A DNA stretch of 24,546 bases, taken from assembly GCA_965369865.1 (NCBI GenBank), contig CBDURU010000046.1, positions 1 to 24,546 of the forward strand, written 5' to 3'. Within the stretch, counting starts at the first letter, position 1. Each line of letters begins with the position of its first letter. The DNA comes from an uncultured bacterium (GTDB taxonomy: Bacteria > JAJVIF01 > JAPKYR01). The position numbers were made by a program, and so were the translations under genes. The notes below the pieces were generated by a model. It ran no database searches, had not been told where the DNA came from, and was given only the letters and a program-made list of their open reading frames with translations. Shown piece after piece: positions 18,162-24,546 of the stretch.

Positions 18162-18866
18162 CTAATCCCCACCAGCATCCGGATTCCTTCTGAACCGATA
18201 TCCAACTCCCCTGATTGTTTCGATGAACGCGCCGGTACTGCCGATTTTATCGCGCAGCCGGTTAATATGCGTGTCAACTGTTCGTGTTGTCACATCAACA
18301 TCGATTCCCCAAACATCATTCAAGAGTGTTTCACGTGTCTGAACCCGACCCCTCCTTCTGTAAAATGTTTCAAGGAGTCTGAACTCGAGTACGGTCAGGT
18401 TAATTTTCGACTCGTTAACCCAGACCTTGTGACCCGGTACATCGATTTTCAGAGGGCCGAACTGGATCAGATCTTCTTTGGCTTCTTGTGGTTGACAGCG
18501 CATGAGCAGAGCCCTGATTCTGAGTAATAATTCCCTGATGCTGAACGGTTTGACAACATAGTCATCCGCACCGAGTTCAAATCCAACAACCCTGTCTACT
18601 TCCTCACCTTTTGCGGTAACCATAACGACAGGAATCATTCGTGTACTGTCATCAGATTTCAAATGTCTACAGATATCCAACCCGTTAGAGTCAGGGAGCA
18701 TTAGGTCGAGGAGAATCAGGTCGGGGCCCGGTTTTGAATTGATTTCATTAAGTGCGGTTTCCCCATCGTAGGCTACTTTGACAAGATAGCCTTCATGCTC
18801 GAGGTTATACTCAATTGTCGCTGCTAGATCTTTTTCGTCCTCAACGATTAAAATTGTCTGGCTCAT
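18162..18866 (-). CDS. phoB: PhoB/OmpR-family response regulator (ATG 18866 preferred; 18875 possible)
   Basis: ILIVEDE, LLDLMLP, GADDYVVKPF, winged helix TRTVDTHINRLRDK, ETIRGVGYRF; next to pstS, with Pho-box-like repeats. Confidence 0.85.
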   Translation of the reverse strand: MSQTILIVEDEKDLAATIEYNLEHEGYLVKVAYDGETALNEINSKPGPDLILLDLMLPDSNGLDICRHLKSDDSTRMIPVVMVTAKGEEVDRVVGFELGADDYVVKPFSIRELLLRIRALLMRCQPQEAKEDLIQFGPLKIDVPGHKVWVNESKINLTVLEFRLLETFYRRRGRVQTRETLLNDVWGIDVDVTTRTVDTHINRLRDKIGSTGAFIETIRGVGYRFRRNPDAGGD

Positions 18867-18873
18867 AAATATC

Positions 18874-18917
18874 ATAGTAGGTTACAATTGGTTCAGGAAT
18901 GTTACAAACATGTTACA
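18874..18917 (-). promoter_or_regulatory. Pho-box-like array and -10 element upstream of phoB
   Basis: Minus-strand TGTAAC (18917), TGTAAC (18906), TGAACC (18895) at 11-nt phase, 10-nt gap, then TACTAT. Confidence 0.7.
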
Positions 18918-19092
18918 ATTTCATGGAAACGACCATGAAAATAATTCAAAGTTTTCATATAAAAAAACTGTATACGTATAACACAACACCCGGTAATTTT
19001 GTGGTCATCATACCTGATGTAATAAAAAACCCGGGAATTTGAAATCCCGGTTCTAAAACTGCATATGAACATTGGTAAGTTGCTATCATTGA

Positions 19093-20151
19093 TTACCATA
19101 CATGCGAGCCATTGCATACCACTTTATCCGCCCAGGTCTCCTCGACCATCTCCACAACGTTCGCTGGAATGGGCACATAGTCAAGGCTGAGCGCTGAGTC
19201 CTTGCCTTCTGAATAGCACCAGTCGAAAAACTCAAGCATTGCGCGAGCAATTTCCATGTCAGTTTGAGCGGCGTAAAGAAGAATGAATGAGGCCCCGACA
19301 ATCGGCCATGCATTCTCACCGGGCTGGTCAACGAGGACCATATAATAACCCTCTGCGTTTTCCCAGTCGGCGTTTGCCGCGGCGTCGGCAAAATTATCAG
19401 CTGTCGGAACAATAAAATTTCCATCCTTGTTTTCAAGTTTGCAGTACGTCAGGTTACCCTGGAGGGCGTACGCATACTCGACGTAACCTATTGCACCATC
19501 GACCTGGATTACGTAATTGGCAACTCCCTCGTTTCCACGTCCACCGATACCTACGGGCCAGTCGAGAGACTTGCCAATACCAACTGCATCGGCCCACTCA
19601 CCGGATACGGCAGACATGTAATTCGAGAAGATCCAGGTTGTACCCGAACCATCGGCCCTGTGAACGACCACAATAGCCTTGTCGGGAATATTCAATCCGG
19701 GATTTACTGAGGTGATCTCAGGATCATTCCAGCTCGTAATAGTACCGAGGAAAATTCCTGAAAGAGCATCCTCGGTTAGTTTTAGCTGTCCGGCTGCAAT
19801 GCCTGGAACATTGATAACAGGAACTACACCGCCAATAATCATCGGAAACTGGACAAGTCCATACTCATCAAGCACATCGGATGTGAGTGGTTTATCCGAT
19901 GCACCAAAATGCACCATGTTGGACTGGATAGCCGAAATTCCGGCACCTGAACCAACCGACTGGTAATTAAGTTTCATCCCTGTGACCTCTTCGTACTCGT
20001 AAGCCCAGAGAGAATAAATAGGATAAGGGAATGAAGCTCCGGCACCATCGACTGATACATGACTCCACACACCGGCCTGCGCGGCAACAGCGGTTACCAG
20101 AATTAATAATGCAACTGATGTTAACAGGAAATTAAATATCTTAGATTTCAT
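19093..20151 (-). CDS. pstS: Phosphate ABC transporter substrate-binding protein PstS (start likely 20151)
   Basis: GAGASFPYP, YQSVGSGAGI, FGASD, HRADGSGTT, IGYVEYAYA; SD AAGGAGG at 20163-20169; signal peptide begins MKSK. Confidence 0.96.
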   Translation of the reverse strand: MKSKIFNFLLTSVALLILVTAVAAQAGVWSHVSVDGAGASFPYPIYSLWAYEYEEVTGMKLNYQSVGSGAGISAIQSNMVHFGASDKPLTSDVLDEYGLVQFPMIIGGVVPVINVPGIAAGQLKLTEDALSGIFLGTITSWNDPEITSVNPGLNIPDKAIVVVHRADGSGTTWIFSNYMSAVSGEWADAVGIGKSLDWPVGIGGRGNEGVANYVIQVDGAIGYVEYAYALQGNLTYCKLENKDGNFIVPTADNFADAAANADWENAEGYYMVLVDQPGENAWPIVGASFILLYAAQTDMEIARAMLEFFDWCYSEGKDSALSLDYVPIPANVVEMVEETWADKVVCNGSHVW

Positions 20152-20186
20152 CTTGATAAAATCCTCCTTGTTTTTTACACGGCTAA

Positions 20187-20241
20187 AATTTAACATAGCT
20201 TTGTTACATCCGTGTGTCCATCAGATAAATATCTGGTTACA
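20187..20241 (-). promoter_or_regulatory. Pho-box-like sites and -10 upstream of pstS
   Basis: Minus-strand TGTAAC at 20241 and 20208 (33 nt apart), 10-nt gap, TAAATT at 20192-20187. Confidence 0.55.
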
Positions 20242-20443
20242 AATGATGTTCAATCAACGAGGTGATTCAGTTCAGGAATTATGCTTGAGTGGTATCTGAA
20301 AATTCCCTGGTAACTTTACCGGACAAGTTTTGGCCTTAATAAATTATAAATTTTCTGCGGTTCATTTTGGACAGTCCATTATGGTCCTGTATTAAATTTG
20401 TTCTAAGTCATATTCTGTTTATCTACTATATAATTAAACCCTT

Positions 20444-20518
20444 TGTAACAGACAAGTTTCCGGTTTGTCACGACCATGCAATAATCGTGACCATTCCGAA
20501 AAAATAACCTGATAGAAT
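20444..20518 (+). promoter_or_regulatory. Pho-box-like array upstream of the porin gene
   Basis: TGTAAC 20444, TGTCAC 20466, TGCAAT 20477, TGACCA 20488 (11-nt phase); -10 candidates TAACCT 20505 or TAGAAT 20513. Confidence 0.6.
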
Positions 20519-20564
20519 CCTCCGCGTTTTCAGAGCAAATAACAAACTTATTCGGAGGATAAAA

Positions 20565-21995
20565 ATGCTTCTTCGTGCACTAACATTTTCCATCTCAGTA
20601 ATGATAATACTGGTCATACCAGCAATTGCGATGGCCGGATTCTCGGACGTGCCCCGCGGGCACTGGGCATACGATGCGATTGACTATCTGGAAAGCGAAG
20701 GACTGGTAACGGGATTCCCTGATGGAACCTTCAGGGGAGATAACAACCTGACCAGGTATGAGTTCGCGATTGTCATCAGCAGGCTGAATGTTCAGCTCAT
20801 GGAAATGCTTGATGGCATTGATACGCCGGAACCGAGTATTGATGTTTTAGCGATTTTGGACATGCTCATTGATGAGTTCGAGCCCGATCTTGATAACCTT
20901 CGTGCTCTTATCGTTGATAACATAGGCAGAATCGAAGATGTTGAAGGATTTGTCGATGAAATGGGCAGCACAGTCGATGATCTCAACTCCCGGATTAATG
21001 ATATGGATAACAGGTTTCATACTTTCGGAGATCTCCGCCTTAGATTTGAGGGCAAATATCCTGAAGATGGGCTTCAGACTCAACGACCCAGATTCCGCTT
21101 GAGGTGGGGCTTCACATCAAGCATTACCGATGAACTAACTTTCGGCGCACGGCTCGCTTCAGGTTCCGAGGGTGGTATAACATCTACCAACAGGACCATC
21201 GGTGATGCGTTCGGATACGACGAGATAACTATCGATCGTGCTTACCTGCAGTACAGCCCCGAAAGTGCTCCCGACTTCAGAGTCTGGGCGGGTAAATTCA
21301 GCCCAGCCTGGCACACAACAGTATTGAGTGCTGATTCAGATGTCATGTTCGAAGGCCTTGCACAGCACTATAATTACCAGAATTTCAACTTCTATCTCGC
21401 TGAACTGATTCCATCACAAGAAGGTTACTACCTTATTGCACAGGCAGGTGCCGATGATCTGATCATCGATGGATTCGACTTCTATGCCACATATCACTAT
21501 TTCGACGACAACTGCTGGCATTGGATCAGGGATGCCATGGAGAACGGCGATCTGAAAAGCCGTTTCGATTTTAGCATCCTCGATGACCCGGATTCCTACA
21601 GTGCTCTTGAGCTTTACAGTAAGTTCGCAACTGATGTCAGTGAGATACCTGTCACACTTGAGGGCAGTTATTACAGGAATCTTGCTGATGCAGCACCAGG
21701 CATGGGTTCAGCTCTTAATCAGGCTGCATGGGCAAGACTAAGTGTTAATGGATCACCGCATGATGACGGCGAGTGGAGGCTGCGTATTGAATATGGTAAA
21801 GTCCAGCGAAATTCAGTTCTCAGCTGGCTTACCGATGCAGACCGCGGGTCCGGCGACCACGAGTGGTGGGGCGCGAACTGGACTTATCGACTAACGAAAA
21901 ATACCGATCTGGGTATTACATGGCTGAGCGTCGACCGTTTATCGCGTTCTGATCACTATGATCTCTTCCAGGTTGATGTCGCCACCAAGTTCTGA
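20565..21995 (+). CDS. SLH-domain, coiled-coil, outer-membrane beta-barrel porin (OmpM/SomA-like architecture)
   Basis: Signal peptide, SLH FSDVPRGHWAYDAI..GFPDGTFRG..TRYEFA, coiled coil, GDLRLRFE/RFRLRWG/IDRAYLQY strands, terminal Phe. Confidence 0.88.
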   Translation: MLLRALTFSISVMIILVIPAIAMAGFSDVPRGHWAYDAIDYLESEGLVTGFPDGTFRGDNNLTRYEFAIVISRLNVQLMEMLDGIDTPEPSIDVLAILDMLIDEFEPDLDNLRALIVDNIGRIEDVEGFVDEMGSTVDDLNSRINDMDNRFHTFGDLRLRFEGKYPEDGLQTQRPRFRLRWGFTSSITDELTFGARLASGSEGGITSTNRTIGDAFGYDEITIDRAYLQYSPESAPDFRVWAGKFSPAWHTTVLSADSDVMFEGLAQHYNYQNFNFYLAELIPSQEGYYLIAQAGADDLIIDGFDFYATYHYFDDNCWHWIRDAMENGDLKSRFDFSILDDPDSYSALELYSKFATDVSEIPVTLEGSYYRNLADAAPGMGSALNQAAWARLSVNGSPHDDGEWRLRIEYGKVQRNSVLSWLTDADRGSGDHEWWGANWTYRLTKNTDLGITWLSVDRLSRSDHYDLFQVDVATKF

Positions 21996-22015
21996 CCATC
22001 ACAAAACTTGTATCA

Positions 22016-22454
22016 CCTGAAGGAACCTGAACCTGAAAAAAAAGTTATCATTTCTCTTGCGGACCAGCAGATGTGGATTTACGAGGACGGCGAAGTGCTG
22101 CACAGGTTCCCGGTGTCCACCGGCGTACCGGGACATCGGACGCCAACCGGAAGCTACAGCGTCCGGAGCCAGGCGGCACGCGCTTACTCGAACAAGTATG
22201 AATGCTTCATGCCCAACTGGTCGGCTATCACCAGCGATGGATTGTACGGCATGCACGCGCTCGATGGCACGAGCTACATTCGCCACCTGGGATCGGTCGC
22301 GAGCCACGGCTGTATCAGGCTCGCACCTGAAAATGCCTTATGGCTTTATAACTGGGTGGATATCGGGACGCCGGTCGATATCGTTGACGATTATACGGAG
22401 CCGCCGGAAGTCAAAGCGATCGAATACAGGATCGAAAGACGCTACTGCTATTAA
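22016..22454 (+). pseudogene. 5'-truncated LDT copy with open catalytic domain (copy 3; possible TTG start at 22008)
   Basis: About 92% identical to 6482-6910 over 22026-22454 (33 differences counted by hand); SHGC intact; lacks signal peptide and an obvious SD. Confidence 0.85.
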
Positions 22455-22480
22455 AAAAAGGTGGCAATTTGAGAGAAATT

Positions 22481-22508
22481 TTTCCCCTTTAATTGAGGGG
22501 GATTTTTT
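22481..22508 (+). terminator. Intrinsic terminator (LDT repeat-derived)
   Basis: TCCCCTT..GAGGGGGA hairpin plus T run. Confidence 0.7.
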
Positions 22509-22584
22509 ATTGTGGAGATACAACGGGTGGAGGGATGGGAGTTTCCAATGGCAGACAACGATTTCTTCTTTTATTGCAATATCT

Positions 22585-23613
22585 TTATGATGCCCTTCTA
22601 GGAATCATGAACTCAAGGCCTGTCATTTCAGAAGAGATTTCATCAATAAATTGTTGTGGCGCAGTCGCAATAAACTCTGAAAGCAACCAGTTGTATTTTC
22701 CCTCAAAATACTTGGCGAGTCTTTCGGGAGTATATCTAGAAAGCTCACTTAACCTATGCATCGCAGCAAAGGTTAGTGTAAGAGATTTTCTGTCTATCAG
22801 ATCTGTTACGGGCCCACCTCTTTTAATATACCAGAGTCTTTGAGGACCGTAGATGAAATAGAGGTGTTGACGTAATCTTCTGTGATAATTAATGTATCTT
22901 ATTAAGCTCCCGGCTTTATCCATCGGGTACCAATTAAACCTATTCCTAAATCTCACAATAAACTCGTCCGTAACTGATTCCTCTCTTTCAAAATCATTAG
23001 GAAGTACGTTTAATTTAGTCTTATTAGCATAATTTTCCGTTAATTCTGCACAAAACCATGCTTCGTGGGTAGTTGTAGAACCAATAATCATTGGATAGTT
23101 AATTGGAATAAATAGCTCAGAGACTGAGCTATATGATAGATCGAATGCTCTATGAATATAGGGCAAGTTATACAATATAGCTTTAAGTGTATACTTATTG
23201 TTATTAGCTGGCTCACCAAGATAAGTGCACAGAGCGCTAAGTATTCCTTTACGATAAAAAGTTACTTTTTCATTTGATAAAGATATCCGTTTCTTAAATG
23301 GCTCCCCGGAAACTCCATGCCTCTCACTGAAGGATATGCATTTAGCGCTCAACAAGGCTTTCACTGCATTTAAGAAGCAGTAATAAGCTGTTAATGGTGA
23401 TGAGGTATTAGGCAGAGTCTTTGTTGCCTCAAAAAAACTCCTAGCCTGCTGCCAGAAGAATCTTGCATCTTCTTTATTTTCGCGCTTAAGCCATAAATCG
23501 ACATAATCCCAGGTGTCGGTTACTAATACAGTCTTGGCACCAAAAAGAGGATCCATGCTAGCCTTGTGAATCGTAAGGTTCTTACCCTTATATCGGATTT
23601 CTTTGAATGCCAT
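22585..23613 (-). CDS. YaaC-like family protein (uncharacterised)
   Basis: QARSFF, SSPLTAYYCFLN, HGV and C-terminal LSELSRY.P motifs match my recollection of YaaC proteins; markedly AT-rich. Confidence 0.7.
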   Translation of the reverse strand: MAFKEIRYKGKNLTIHKASMDPLFGAKTVLVTDTWDYVDLWLKRENKEDARFFWQQARSFFEATKTLPNTSSPLTAYYCFLNAVKALLSAKCISFSERHGVSGEPFKKRISLSNEKVTFYRKGILSALCTYLGEPANNNKYTLKAILYNLPYIHRAFDLSYSSVSELFIPINYPMIIGSTTTHEAWFCAELTENYANKTKLNVLPNDFEREESVTDEFIVRFRNRFNWYPMDKAGSLIRYINYHRRLRQHLYFIYGPQRLWYIKRGGPVTDLIDRKSLTLTFAAMHRLSELSRYTPERLAKYFEGKYNWLLSEFIATAPQQFIDEISSEMTGLEFMIPRRAS

Positions 23614-23841
23614 GCTTTATTACAGTCCTATTAACTCAAACCGGGTTCCGCCTCTGCTAACTCTCCAAAAAGGGGACCATTAAATCTCTTTACGGAAATA
23701 GGTTCCCGGATTACATATTCAATTTCAAATACCATATTACCCTAATTACCAGTTCTCAACAACCCGGATGCCGCCTTCATAACCTATCATGAGTTATGTA
23801 GGTGACCTTGCCCGGCACCCGGACACGTTCGGAAATAATTT

Positions 23842-24023
23842 TACTGGAGATCGGTCATAGGACAGCTGGAGAACGAACAGTTTACAACAGAACTAAAGCG
23901 ATGCCCCGCGTCGGACAGACCGATGGAAAGTGAGGAATTCCTTAAGGCGATTGAAAGACGGAGGGCATTCGCGTCGTGCTGAAGTCAAGGGGCAGACGGA
24001 GGAAGGAAAAAAATGAGATATAA
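23842..24023 (+). pseudogene. Frameshifted C-terminal fragment of a RAYT/IS200-like (Y1) transposase
   Basis: YWRSVIGQLENEQFTTELKRCPASDRPMESEEFLKAIERR, frameshift, GIRVVLKSRGRRRKEKNEI*; resembles GRPLGSEEF...RGRPRK tails. Confidence 0.6.
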
Positions 24024-24062
24024 ATCTAAAACAATAAGTCGTTGTTTCCTTTGATAATTTTG

Positions 24063-24293
24063 CTACCGACCGATATTCCCAAGCACATTTTCTTCATAGA
24101 TAATGATAGGCAGGGCCTCATACCTACCAAACCCTTCTTGCACAGGTAAACCCATGCCTCCAACTTCAACAATATTGACATCCTGAACAACGGTCGCTTG
24201 AACTGGGCGGATGGGTAAGACTGTGAAAAATAAGTGAAGCCATATGCCAACAGCAATGAACACAAGGACTGTGAATGTTTTTTTATCGTTCAT
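24063..24293 (-). CDS. Small hypothetical membrane or secreted protein
   Basis: 76 aa, N-terminal hydrophobic helix, SD AGGAG 6 nt upstream, TATAAT at 24327-24322. Confidence 0.65.
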   Translation of the reverse strand: MNDKKTFTVLVFIAVGIWLHLFFTVLPIRPVQATVVQDVNIVEVGGMGLPVQEGFGRYEALPIIIYEENVLGNIGR

Positions 24294-24399
24294 GTCAAAC
24301 TCCTATTAGTTGATAGAAACCATTATAATACTTGCTTCCATATGCAACAAGACCAGCAACCCCTCGGCTTAGGACTAAGGGACTAACCACGTCGTGAGT

Positions 24400-24546
24400 T
24401 GTGGCGGGGGGGGGCGGCGCGGGCGGGGGCGGACGCTGTCCGGGCCTGGCGGGGGGGGCGGGGGGGGGGCTGGGGGCCAGGTGGAAGCGGTATCCTGCTT
24501 ATCGGGATTCTGGGGTCGAGTGGTTGGGGGAAGTGCCTGAGGGGTG
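24400..24546. other. G-rich low-complexity end, possibly a low-quality contig end
   Basis: Several runs of 8-10 G, unlike the rest of the window. Confidence 0.6.

Noticed and set aside
6482..22454. Diversity-generating retroelement (template/variable repeats)
   Set aside because: Differences are not adenine-specific and are mostly synonymous third positions; no reverse transcriptase in the window
24355..24400. IS200/IS605 end hairpin
   Set aside because: Pairing is poor and no tnpA/tnpB is adjacent; next to low-quality-looking sequence
24400..24546. Functional G-quadruplex cluster
   Set aside because: Irregular long G homopolymers at the window end are more consistent with a sequencing or assembly artefact

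Overview
Bacterial genomic DNA, probably from a diderm Terrabacteria-like lineage (RNase Y plus an SLH-anchored outer-membrane porin). Positions 1-6000 are a minus-strand housekeeping block: split transketolase, rny, recA, thpR. From about 6260 onward is an accessory region with an unusual layout. An intact L,D-transpeptidase (YkuD-type) gene is followed by four cargo blocks, separated by 5'-truncated direct-repeat copies of the same gene's catalytic 3' part plus its terminator (13970, 17524, 22016/22026). Cargo 1 is radical SAM, a hypothetical, a PD-(D/E)XK nuclease, an ADP-forming acyl-CoA ligase and a CoA transferase-GNAT. Cargo 2 is a large PKD/beta-propeller lipoprotein. Cargo 3 is a Pho-box-controlled PhoB/PstS/SLH-porin module. 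Cargo 4 is a YaaC-like protein, a transposase relic and a small membrane protein. The two long truncated copies are 92-93% identical to the intact gene, differ mostly at synonymous sites and are mosaic. No integrase is visible, which suggests a gene-anchored, recombination-driven cassette array. Also seen: a candidate ~50-nt sRNA with a C-rich loop, a REPIN-like palindrome, RAYT/IS200-like relics and a low-complexity G-rich window end. All family assignments come from motif recognition by eye; no database searches were run.
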